A stretch of DNA of 64,000 bases from NCBI GenBank assembly GCA_964394715.1, contig CAYMYR010000001.1:24895-88894 (forward strand), read 5' to 3'. The notes beneath the pieces were generated by a model. The model was given only the letters and a program-made list of their open reading frames with translations, ran no database searches and was not told the DNA's origin. The position numbers and the translations under genes are program-made. Positions 1-8,623 of this stretch are shown here, one piece after another. How positions within the stretch are numbered: the first letter of the stretch is position 1; each line of letters opens with the position of its first letter. The DNA is from an uncultured Smithella sp. Lineage in GTDB: Bacteria > Desulfobacterota > Syntrophia > Syntrophales > Smithellaceae.

Positions 1-622
1 TTTCCCTGACCGTATGAAATCCGTTTCGAGTGAGTTCTCTATACCATTTTGCCATATTTTCATACAGGCGAATTATCAATTCAGGACGTGATATTTCCCG
101 GCCCGCCTCAATCGCCAGGGAAGTGGCAATCTCCTGAATATCCTGAGGAAACTGTTCACGGGCCAGGTTAACATTGATACCGATGCCCACGACAACAAAG
201 TCAACCGCCTGTCCCGACATTTTGATCTGGGCCAGAATGCCGCAAACCTTTTTCCCGCCAATCAGGACATCATTAGGCCATTTGATCCATGCCCTCCCCG
301 GACAGAAATCATTGATTGTTTCCGCCGCCGCTACACCGGCAGCTATGGGAATCTGCGTTGACTGCAGCATCCCGGCGGGCGGCCTCAAAATGACTGACGT
401 ATAAATATTCGCTCCCGGAGGTGAATACCATATCCGCTGCATTCTGCCTTTCCCGGAACTCTGGCTATCGGCAACGAGCACCAGCCCTTCCGGCGCACCT
501 TTTTCGCCTAACCGGAACGCCTCGTCATTGGTCGAGCCGATTTCGTCATAGTAAAAAAGACGATGGCCGATCATTTTACCGGCAAGTTGTTTTCTCAGGG
601 ATTCGGCATTCAGACTTGTCAT
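1..622 (-). CDS. birA: biotin--[acetyl-CoA-carboxylase] ligase, group I (no HTH); 3' part runs off the left window edge
   Basis: Absent from the supplied ORF track because it is truncated by the edge. Reverse-strand translation from the ATG at 622 reads MTSLNAESLRKQLAGKMIGHRLFYYDEIGSTNDEAFRLGEKGAPEGLVLVADSQSSGKGRMQRIWYSPPGANIY...KWPNDVLIGGKKVCGILAQ. It carries the GxGRxxRxW and KWPND biotin-ligase signatures. Confidence 0.85.
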   Translation of the reverse strand, partial: MTSLNAESLRKQLAGKMIGHRLFYYDEIGSTNDEAFRLGEKGAPEGLVLVADSQSSGKGRMQRIWYSPPGANIYTSVILRPPAGMLQSTQIPIAAGVAAAETINDFCPGRAWIKWPNDVLIGGKKVCGILAQIKMSGQAVDFVVVGIGINVNLAREQFPQDIQEIATSLAIEAGREISRPELIIRLYENMAKWYRELTRNGFHTVRE

Positions 623-668
623 GTTTTGCGGGGTGAAACAATCTCTATGATTTAAATTTTAGGAACGT

Positions 669-707
669 AAACCTTGAACCTTGCCCCTTGTACCTGGAAC
701 CTTGTCC
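669..707. repeat. CCTTG/CAAGG heptamer-type tract (reverse-complement orientation) in the nadC-birA spacer
   Basis: The sequence aaccttgaaccttgccccttgtacctggaaccttgtccc is the reverse complement of the CAAGGNN tracts at 15402-15462 and 36490-36545. Confidence 0.7.
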
Positions 708-1544
708 CTATTTCCCTTTGACTTTGAGTGAAATATCCGCTGCCCGGACGGAATGGGTCAGTTCTCCCACAGAAATGAGATCGACACCGGTTTCGGCGAT
801 TTCGGCAATACTTCCAAGATTGACATTGCCTGAGGCTTCCAGAAGCGCGCGGCCGGCCACAAAATCAACCGCTTTCCTCATTGCATCAACCGTCATATTA
901 TCCAACATGATAATATCAACGCCGCATTTGAGGGCTTCTTTCACTTCCTGTATATTCTTTGTTTCAACTTCAATTTTCAGATGATGGGACAGGCATTTTC
1001 TCTGGGCATGCACAGCGGCGGTAATGCCGCCTGCAGCTTCGATGTGATTGTCTTTAATCAGAACCCCATCGTAAAGTCCTGTGCGGTGGTTCGTTCCACC
1101 GCCGATCCGAACCGCCATTTTATCCAGTATCCGCAGGCCGGGCACGGTCTTGCGGGTATCAAGTATTTTTGTTTTTTTGCCTCGCACGGCTTCCACGTAT
1201 TTTGCGGTCAATGTGGCAATGCCGCACATGCGCTGAAACAGATTCAGAGCGACCCGTTCCGCCTGCAGGATGCCGGACAGGTTTCCCGTAACTTCAGCGA
1301 TGATGTCGCCTTTCCGTACCCTGCTTCCGTCGCTGATCATCTTTTTGACGCGAATGTCATTGTCCACAGTTTGAAAAACGGCTTCAAAGACTTCCAGTCC
1401 GGCAATGACAAAATCACTTTTGGCCATCGCCTGCGCCGTGCCCTTCTTTTTCGGCGAAACGGTGGCCCCTGTGGTGATATCGCCTGTGCCGATATCTTCG
1501 GCAAGAGCGGATTCAATAATTTTTTTTATCTGTAAAGATACCAT
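708..1544 (-). CDS. nadC: nicotinate-nucleotide pyrophosphorylase (quinolinate phosphoribosyltransferase)
   Basis: ORF 708-1565. The protein reads IIESALAEDIGTGDITT...LDTRKT.PGLR...GGG.NHR.GL.D..LIKDNH, which is typical NadC. The start is probably the ATG at 1544 (GAGGA RBS 5 nt upstream); ATGs at 1556-1565 are alternatives. Confidence 0.9.
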   Translation of the reverse strand: MVSLQIKKIIESALAEDIGTGDITTGATVSPKKKGTAQAMAKSDFVIAGLEVFEAVFQTVDNDIRVKKMISDGSRVRKGDIIAEVTGNLSGILQAERVALNLFQRMCGIATLTAKYVEAVRGKKTKILDTRKTVPGLRILDKMAVRIGGGTNHRTGLYDGVLIKDNHIEAAGGITAAVHAQRKCLSHHLKIEVETKNIQEVKEALKCGVDIIMLDNMTVDAMRKAVDFVAGRALLEASGNVNLGSIAEIAETGVDLISVGELTHSVRAADISLKVKGK

Positions 1545-1596
1545 GGTTTTCCTCATCATGCCCATTTGGCCGGCACAAAGAATCCCCGTTCATCCG

Positions 1597-4254
1597 CTAC
1601 ATGGAAATTTCTTTCAGCTTTTTAAGCGCACCCTCCAGTGCCGAATATTTTTTCTGGAATTCTTTCATTTTTGCCTCTTCCTTGCTGATCACTTCTGGTG
1701 CCGCTTTCGCGCGGAAATCGCTGTTGGCAAGTTTTCGGGAGCTCTGCTCCAGATCCTTCGATACTTTCGCCAGTTCTTTCCCCAGCCTTGTTTTTTCCGC
1801 GGCAATATCCACAATGCCGGCAAGCGGCACAAATATCTTTGTTGATCCGACCACACCTGTCGCCACTCCCCTGGGCTCAACCAGATTGATTTCCACACCC
1901 AATGATTCAAGGTTGGAAAGATTTAAAATATAGCCTCCGCCGGCTTCGATGGACTTTTTACTCTGTTCATCCGGAGCAGATATGAATACTTTCAGTTTGA
2001 GAGAGGGCGGAATCCGCATTTCACCGCGGATGTTGCGTATCGAGGTGATGATTTCCATCAGCATCTCCATCTCCTGCCGGGCGGCCCTGTCTTCCTGCAC
2101 ATCGCTTGCCTCGGGAAACCGGCTGACCATGATGGAATGTTGATCGCTATTGTGCAGCGCCTGCCATAATTCCTCGGTCACGAAGGGCATAAAAGGGTGC
2201 AAAAGCTTCAGCATGATTGCGAAGACATCCTTCAGGGTCCGCTGTGTCACATGCTTCTGTTCGGCACTAATTTTTCCGTAAAGCGCCGGCTTGCTGATTT
2301 CCAGGTACCAATCGCAGTATTCATGCCAGATGAAGTTATAAATGGCGGCAGCGGCATCGTTAAAGCGGTATTCGTCAAGACTGCGGGTGACCGCGGCGAC
2401 CGTTTCGTTTAATTTCGTTCTGATCCATTTTTCCGGTAGCGAATCCGGAGCGTCCACATGCGCAGACTCATCGTAATCCGCCAGATTGCCGAGCGTCAGT
2501 TTGGCAGCATTCCAAATTTTGTTGACAAAAAATTTATATCCTTCGATACGCTCCGGGGACATGCGCACGTCGCGCCCCTGGGCGGTGTATGCTGACAGTG
2601 TAAAACGAAACGCGTCCGTGCCGTACTGATCAATCATCACCAGCGGATCAATACTGTTGCCCTTGGACTTGCTCATTTTTTCGCCTTTTTCATCACGGAC
2701 CAGCGCGTGAAGATAAACATCTTTAAACGGCACGTCTTTCATGACGTAAATTCCCATCATCATCATCCGTGCCACCCAGAAAAACAGAATATCAAAACCG
2801 GTGATGAGCAGGGAAGTCGGATAGAAAGTCTTCAGTGCCGGTGTTCTTTCAGGCCAGCCCAGCGTGGTGAACGGCCATAACGAGGAACTGAACCAGGTGT
2901 CCAGCACATCTTCGTCCTGTTTCAGGGAAGCAGAGCCGCAGTCAGGACATGCATCAGGGTCCGTCACGGAAACAATCACTTTGCCGCAGCCACCGCAATA
3001 CCACACGGGAATCCGGTGTCCCCACCATAACTGCCGCGAGATGCACCAGTCACGGATGTTGTTCATCCAGTCGAAATAAGTGGCCTCCCAGGATTCGGGA
3101 ACAATTTTTGTTTTTTTCTTTGTAACGGCGGCGATCGCCTGCTTGGCCAGAGGCTTGATTTTGACAAACCACTGTTTGGAAACCATGGGTTCAATATCCG
3201 TCTTGCAGCGGTAGCACTGGCCGACGTTGTGAGCATATGGTTCGGTGCCGACCATGAAACCTTCCTTTTCCAAATCGGCAATCACGTTGCGGCGTGCCTC
3301 ATAACGGTCCTGTCCTCTGTATTTGCCGCCATGCTCGTTGATAATGCCCTGCCCGTCCATGATCGAAATGATCTCCAGATTATGGCGTCCGGCCATGGCA
3401 AAGTCGTTGGGATCGGAACCCGGCGTGATTTTTACTGCGCCGGAGCCGAAATCCATTGTCACATAATCATCGGCAATGATCGGTATTTGTTTGTTCATCA
3501 GCGGCAAAATGACGAATTTGCCGATTTTATCCTTGTAGCGCTCATCCGCCGGGTTTACGGCTACGGCAGTATCCCCCAGCATCGTCTCCGGTCTGGTGGT
3601 GGCCACAACAATTTCACCGCTGCCGTCGGCAAAAGGATAACGGATATTCCACAGGAAGCTCTGGTCCTGTTTAAATTCCACCTCCAGATCGGAAATGGCG
3701 GTATGACAGCGCGGACACCAGTTAACAATATAGTCGCCCTGGTAAATCATATCTTCATGATAAAGCCGAACAAAAACCTCCCGGACGGCCTTCGACAACC
3801 CTTCGTCCATGGTAAAACGTTCACGTTGCCAGTCACAGGAACAGCCCAGCCTTTTGAGCTGATTGATGATCACCCCTCCGTATTTTTCCTTCCATTCCCA
3901 GACGCGGGCGATGAATTTTTCACGCCCCAGGTCATGGCGGGACAATCCCTCTTTCATCAACTGCTGTTCAACCACGTTTTGCGTCGCAATGCCCGCGTGG
4001 TCCATGCCCGGCATCCACAGCGTGTTATACCCCTGCATTCGCTTGAAACGGATGATGACATCCTGAAGCGTGTTGTTGAGCGCATGCCCCATGTGCAGCA
4101 TACCGGTCACATTGGGGGGTGGGATGACGATGGAGAAAGCGGGAGCTTCACTGGTGTCCCGTGCGTGAAAATAATCATTTTTCAGCCAGTACTCATATAA
4201 TCTTTTTTCGGCTTCGGCCGGTTCAAACGCTTTGCCCAATTCTTTTGTCAACAT
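1597..4254 (-). CDS. valS: valyl-tRNA synthetase
   Basis: Class I aaRS with HMGH (..TGMLHMGHAL..) and KMSKS (EKMSKSKGN) motifs, a ValRS-type editing domain and a C-terminal coiled coil. I prefer the ATG at 4254 (GGAGA RBS 7 nt upstream) over the ORF-track ATG at 4311, which has no RBS. Confidence 0.95.
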   Translation of the reverse strand: MLTKELGKAFEPAEAEKRLYEYWLKNDYFHARDTSEAPAFSIVIPPPNVTGMLHMGHALNNTLQDVIIRFKRMQGYNTLWMPGMDHAGIATQNVVEQQLMKEGLSRHDLGREKFIARVWEWKEKYGGVIINQLKRLGCSCDWQRERFTMDEGLSKAVREVFVRLYHEDMIYQGDYIVNWCPRCHTAISDLEVEFKQDQSFLWNIRYPFADGSGEIVVATTRPETMLGDTAVAVNPADERYKDKIGKFVILPLMNKQIPIIADDYVTMDFGSGAVKITPGSDPNDFAMAGRHNLEIISIMDGQGIINEHGGKYRGQDRYEARRNVIADLEKEGFMVGTEPYAHNVGQCYRCKTDIEPMVSKQWFVKIKPLAKQAIAAVTKKKTKIVPESWEATYFDWMNNIRDWCISRQLWWGHRIPVWYCGGCGKVIVSVTDPDACPDCGSASLKQDEDVLDTWFSSSLWPFTTLGWPERTPALKTFYPTSLLITGFDILFFWVARMMMMGIYVMKDVPFKDVYLHALVRDEKGEKMSKSKGNSIDPLVMIDQYGTDAFRFTLSAYTAQGRDVRMSPERIEGYKFFVNKIWNAAKLTLGNLADYDESAHVDAPDSLPEKWIRTKLNETVAAVTRSLDEYRFNDAAAAIYNFIWHEYCDWYLEISKPALYGKISAEQKHVTQRTLKDVFAIMLKLLHPFMPFVTEELWQALHNSDQHSIMVSRFPEASDVQEDRAARQEMEMLMEIITSIRNIRGEMRIPPSLKLKVFISAPDEQSKKSIEAGGGYILNLSNLESLGVEINLVEPRGVATGVVGSTKIFVPLAGIVDIAAEKTRLGKELAKVSKDLEQSSRKLANSDFRAKAAPEVISKEEAKMKEFQKKYSALEGALKKLKEISM

Positions 4255-4566
4255 GAAACCATCTCCTGTTTCTAAATGCGCAAAGGGCTTGCGCCCTTTT
4301 TTCTTTTCCATATTTTCAAGCCGGTCTTAAGTTCGATTCCAGAAGACCAAAATCAATCGTTTCTCCGCAGGCGGTAACACAATTTTTTTTGACGCAGCTT
4401 TGCAGCAGACGATGCTTTTATGCCCTGAAAAGGCGTTACCTCTGAATATTGCTTAATCAGACTTCCCGCAGCATGCTGTTGTTGGATAAAATGAATGTTA
4501 CGATTTTGCAGCAAGCTACGGAGAATGAACGCTCGTCCCGCGTGAGCACGATTTAAACGCCTGACA

Positions 4567-4595
4567 TCATTATCTTCAGAGAGGGTTTAAGTCAA
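4567..4595 (-). promoter_or_regulatory. candidate sigma70-type promoter for valS
   Basis: The minus-sense sequence is TTGACT-17 nt-TAATGA (alternatively 15 nt-GATAAT), located 50-75 nt downstream of the miaA stop. It would give a leader of about 300 nt. Confidence 0.3.
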
Positions 4596-4642
4596 GTCAA
4601 TATTCACACGGCACTGCTTCTTTCCGAACACGGATCGTATCA

Positions 4643-5626
4643 TCACCCGGGCTCATTTGTCCGGATGGAAATCTTTATGTTCAGGAATGATTCTATGGTT
4701 TTTTGAATGGCTTGGTATTGATCGGGGTAAAACCATCGGATGGTTTTGTCTGCCGAAAACCACGTCATCTGCCTTTTTGCATACCTCCAGGTTTCCCGAA
4801 CCACCAAATCAAGCGTGCGATCCCGGTCGTTGATCCCGCGAATAAAATCCACAACCTGTTTATACCCCAGAGATTGCAGGGGCTTAATATCCGGGCTGTA
4901 GCCTCTTGCCAGAAGCCCGTGCACTTCTTCAACCAGTCCGTCCTCCATCATTTTCGCGGTTCTTGCCACAACTCTTTTTTTTAATTCGGCACGATCCAAA
5001 GAAAGGCCGATTTTCAAGACGTCATACGGACAATCGGCAAACAGATGATTTCGCTGCAGCTCGACGATGGACTGACCGCTCTGATCCAGAACTTCCAGCG
5101 CGCGGATGACCCGCACGGAATCATTGACGTTAATGCGACAAGCCGCCTGAGGATCTCTTTGTTTCAGCAGGCCATAAAGATACGGTTTGCCGAAACGGTC
5201 GCGAAGACCTTTATAATAATTACGGATGTTTTCATCGACCGGCGGGGTTTCTATCATGCCCTGCAGCAGCGCCCGGATATACAGTCCCGTTCCGCCAACG
5301 ACAAAAACCGGTCTGCCGGCATCGGCCAACCGGTCAATTACCGTCCTTGCCTGCCCGGCATAGATGGCTGCGTTGAATTCTTCGTCAGGATCCACAACGT
5401 CGATCAGATGATGGGGCACCCTTGCCCTTTCTTCGCGGGTTGGCTTTGCCGTTCCGATATCCAGATAACGGTAAACCTGCAGGGAATCAGCATTGACGAT
5501 TTCACCGCCTGAAGCCTCGGCCAGTTCAACGGCAAGACGGGTTTTCCCTGTCGCCGTGGGAGAGCAGATCACCACCAGCCTGGTCCGGGGTTTCTTACTT
5601 TCGTTTAAACATTCGTTCGATTTCAT
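4643..5626 (-). CDS. miaA: tRNA dimethylallyltransferase
   Basis: The protein reads RLVVICSPTATGKTRLAVELA (P-loop)...VNADSLQVYRYLDIGTAKP...HHLIDV, which is typical MiaA. The true start is the ATG at 5626 (MKSNECL...). The 93-aa N-terminal extension in the ORF track overlaps mutL and is not MiaA-like. Confidence 0.9.
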   Translation of the reverse strand: MKSNECLNESKKPRTRLVVICSPTATGKTRLAVELAEASGGEIVNADSLQVYRYLDIGTAKPTREERARVPHHLIDVVDPDEEFNAAIYAGQARTVIDRLADAGRPVFVVGGTGLYIRALLQGMIETPPVDENIRNYYKGLRDRFGKPYLYGLLKQRDPQAACRINVNDSVRVIRALEVLDQSGQSIVELQRNHLFADCPYDVLKIGLSLDRAELKKRVVARTAKMMEDGLVEEVHGLLARGYSPDIKPLQSLGYKQVVDFIRGINDRDRTLDLVVRETWRYAKRQMTWFSADKTIRWFYPDQYQAIQKTIESFLNIKISIRTNEPG

Positions 5627-7391
5627 AGAGAGAAAATTGCACGCGGATGGGCCGTCCGTGAGGACAGGTTGAGTTGAAAGGAGTTTTCTCCAGATCACGG
5701 CACAGGGCATCGACGTCCTTGGCCGACAAAACCGCATTGGCTTTAATCGCGGCGCGGCAGGCCAGCGACGCCAGAATCTTTTCCCTGCGCTCGGAAAACG
5801 ACGCTTTCGCCTGTCCGTCACCCAGCTGATCGGCCAGGTCGGAAATGATTTCGCACGGCAGTACTGCCGGCAGTGAAGCAGGGAGTGCCTTGACCACAAT
5901 GGCATCGCGTCCGAATATTTCCAGATCCACCCCGATCTCGCTCAGCATGGGCAGCGCTTCTTCAAAAAGACTGACCTGCGCGGGAGGCAGACTGACCACT
6001 TCCGGCATCAGAAGGGGCTGGCTTACGGCTCGATCCACCGTAGCCGTCTTCAGGCGCTCCAGAATAATCCTTTCGTGTGCTGCATGCTGATCCACCAGCA
6101 TCAATCCATCCTCGCTGCAAAAAACCAGGTACGTACCCGCGAACTGCCCAAGATATTTCTTGCTGCAAAAGGTGATCTTTTCCCCGGGCGAATTTTCTTC
6201 CACCCGCAAAGGCTCGCCGATCTGAACTCCCGTCCGCGCAAATAAATCGCCTTCGATTGCCTGCCGCAGATTCTGACGCGAATAAACTTCCGGCGGATTC
6301 TCCCGGGATGAGGTATAAACCTTCGATCTCCAGAATCCGGAGGCGGCAGACGTTTTTGCGCGCGGCGCCAGACGGTAGGTCAAAGCATCAGACGGAATCT
6401 GCGAAACGGCAAGGCTATTTGCCACCGTCCGGGACACCAGATCATATATTTCCCGGGAATTCTTGAAGCGTACCTCCATCTTGGCCGGATGCACGTTGAT
6501 ATCGACTTCTTCACCGGGCATATCCAGAAACAGGACAGCCGCGGGGTAGCGGCGCGGCTCGATCACCTGACGGTACGCGGCAAGCATCGCATGCGTCATG
6601 CTGTTGTCCCGGATAAAGCGCGAATTGACAAAAAGAAAAATGCTTTTGGAATTGGATTTCGTAAAATCCGGAGTTGAAATAAATCCTGCAAGCCGCACAT
6701 TTCCGCTATTCCCTTTGATCTCCCGGCAATGAAAGGGAAAATCATTTCCCATCACCATGCTGATACGATCGGAAATACGCCCGGCGACAGGTGCGGCAAA
6801 AACCTCCCTCTTGCCGGAAGCGACCGTAAATCTTACTTCCGGATGAGCCAGCGCTATGCGGACAACCGCGTCTATACATGCGGTCTGTTCGGTGGCTTCC
6901 GATTTAAGAAACTTCCTGCGTGCCGGCACATTGGCAAACAGTTCCGTCACCTGGATTTGCGTTCCGGGCGGCAGGCCCGCCGGAGAAATTTCACATACAA
7001 TGCCGGCCTCGGCCACCGCTTTTGTGCCCTCCAGGTCCTCCGGTCGACGGGAAAGCACTTCAACACGCGCAATGGAAGCTATGCTGGCCATCGCTTCACC
7101 GCGGAAACCGAAAGAGTCAACACGATAGATATCATCCAGTTTTGAAATCTTGCTGGTGGCGTGGCGTTCAAAAACCAAAGCCATGTCCTCCCGTTCGATT
7201 CCGGAACCATTATCCACGACCCTGATCAATTCACATCCGCCCTGTAAAAGTTCAACACGGACATCCCGGGCTCCCGCGTCAATGGAATTTTCGACCAGTT
7301 CCTTGACAATCGAGGCAGGCCTTTCCACCACTTCTCCGGCGGCAATCTGATTGGCTACCTCTTCAGACAAAACAACGATGCGTTTTGACAA
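5595..7391 (-). CDS. mutL: DNA mismatch repair protein MutL
   Basis: The N-terminus reads VANQIAAGEVVERPASIVKELVENSIDAG (GHKL ATPase) and the C-terminal dimerisation domain includes CPHGRP. The likely start is the TTG at 7391 (LSKRIVVLSEEV), with GGAG 8 nt upstream. The ORF-track start at 7490 would overlap the upstream gene. Confidence 0.9.
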   Translation of the reverse strand: MSKRIVVLSEEVANQIAAGEVVERPASIVKELVENSIDAGARDVRVELLQGGCELIRVVDNGSGIEREDMALVFERHATSKISKLDDIYRVDSFGFRGEAMASIASIARVEVLSRRPEDLEGTKAVAEAGIVCEISPAGLPPGTQIQVTELFANVPARRKFLKSEATEQTACIDAVVRIALAHPEVRFTVASGKREVFAAPVAGRISDRISMVMGNDFPFHCREIKGNSGNVRLAGFISTPDFTKSNSKSIFLFVNSRFIRDNSMTHAMLAAYRQVIEPRRYPAAVLFLDMPGEEVDINVHPAKMEVRFKNSREIYDLVSRTVANSLAVSQIPSDALTYRLAPRAKTSAASGFWRSKVYTSSRENPPEVYSRQNLRQAIEGDLFARTGVQIGEPLRVEENSPGEKITFCSKKYLGQFAGTYLVFCSEDGLMLVDQHAAHERIILERLKTATVDRAVSQPLLMPEVVSLPPAQVSLFEEALPMLSEIGVDLEIFGRDAIVVKALPASLPAVLPCEIISDLADQLGDGQAKASFSERREKILASLACRAAIKANAVLSAKDVDALCRDLEKTPFNSTCPHGRPIRVQFSLYEIERMFKRK

Positions 7392-7476
7392 TGTCCATTC
7401 TCCATTTAAAGAAAAAGCTGTGGCCACTGAATCACATGTGACCGCAGCTCCGTGTTTCCCGTGGCACAGTCCCGGC

Positions 7477-8313
7477 CTAATCCAGCACAATCATGATCCG
7501 GCAATTTTTCATAAAAGACTTTTGTTCCAGGACAGCCTGAATCTTTTCCGCATCGGCATTGCTGATGATCAGATCGGATTTTCCCGGCCCGGCTGCTCTG
7601 ATCGCCTTCACCCTTACCAGACCAGCCGATGCGTGCTGGTCCCTTGTATAAACACACAGACCCTTCAATACACCGGCTTCAAACTCCTGTTTGAAAGCAT
7701 CAGATATTTCTCCGCCGTTTTCCTTGCGAATACCCGGCATCATGGCAGGGCGGGCGCCGACACCGCGGGCATCAACCACCAGTCCAATGCAGGATGTCTT
7801 TTCAACCAGCGAAGCCGCACCGAACGGCTGACCTGAATTTTTTTGTTTCAAGACCTTCGGGACCACGATTTGCGACAAGTTCCCGTAAAGGGGGATTCTT
7901 AAGGTGACCTGCGCAGCATCATCGGACCTGTATTCCTGATCAGCAACCTGTGAACCCTGCATGAAACCTTCCAACTGTGTCTGCAGAATTTCATTGTCCT
8001 GGGCCAAATCCTTGATGGTATATGATGAGTCAACCTGAACGCACATAGCCGTCTCCAGCAGATTCCGGCAGGCCTCCGCCCTGGCCGCCCGAAACGCTGC
8101 CGGACGGGCTTCTACGATACCGGCATCCCTGTTTGTAGGGGTCCCGACGCCAGCCGCTTCGATGTATCCTGCTGTCCAGTTCACCTGGCCTCTGCCGGTT
8201 TTTTCAACCCATTCAGACTCCGGAAGAGCGTGCTGACAATAAGCGACCTTTGTCCAGAATAATAAAAAAAACATTCCCACCCATAAAGTAATGGAAATGA
8301 ATTTCAATTTCAA
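7477..8313 (-). CDS. secreted LPP20-family-like protein
   Basis: It has an N-terminal signal or anchor (KLKFISITLWVGMFFLLFWTKVAYC). An LPP20-like core follows (AGYIEAAGVG...ARPAAFRAARAEACRNLLETAM.VQVDSSYTIKD). The probable TTG start at 8313 follows AAGGAGGAG. Confidence 0.55.
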   Translation of the reverse strand: MKLKFISITLWVGMFFLLFWTKVAYCQHALPESEWVEKTGRGQVNWTAGYIEAAGVGTPTNRDAGIVEARPAAFRAARAEACRNLLETAMCVQVDSSYTIKDLAQDNEILQTQLEGFMQGSQVADQEYRSDDAAQVTLRIPLYGNLSQIVVPKVLKQKNSGQPFGAASLVEKTSCIGLVVDARGVGARPAMMPGIRKENGGEISDAFKQEFEAGVLKGLCVYTRDQHASAGLVRVKAIRAAGPGKSDLIISNADAEKIQAVLEQKSFMKNCRIMIVLD

Positions 8314-8623
8314 ATTCTCCTCCTTAAGGGCACCGGGCAAAGAAACCACCCAGTTGCTAAATACCCAGTGGAAAGTAACAAAATATGCGCCGGCTTGCAA
8401 TAAAATTTCCCTCAAAAGCGCCCAGACAGCGTTTCAAGAGTTATGCTTGAAAGTCCTATGTTTATGTGATAGCTGATAACGTTGATTTCTGCAGACCTTA
8501 CCATCGGGCGGTTACATCTTGCAGGACCGTCCGTTTTCTAAAACGATTCGGGAAAAGGTCTGAACAAACAAGAAGGTTCGAGGTATCAACGCTATTCTTT
8601 TCAGAAGACAGGAGTAACAGGAA

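Noticed and set aside
3229-4200. A 323-aa plus-strand ORF.
   Set aside because: It lies entirely antisense to the valS coding region. It has low-complexity, Arg/Gly/His-rich composition and no RBS or homology signal. This is a typical shadow ORF opposite a long, well-supported gene.
4325-4350. A GTTCGATTCC string resembling a tRNA T-loop.
   Set aside because: The flanking bases do not form a T-stem, an acceptor stem or an anticodon arm. It is not a tRNA or tRNA fragment that I can support.
4255-4642. Expected hfq downstream of miaA, by analogy with mutL-miaA-hfq synteny.
   Set aside because: Translating all three minus-sense frames gives only very short ORFs, and no Sm-like sequence is present.
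5627-5905. The N-terminal 93-aa extension of the miaA ORF in the track (start 5905).
   Set aside because: The extension overlaps the 3' end of mutL and is Arg/Trp/Cys-rich with no MiaA similarity. MiaA homology begins just before the P-loop, after the ATG at 5626.
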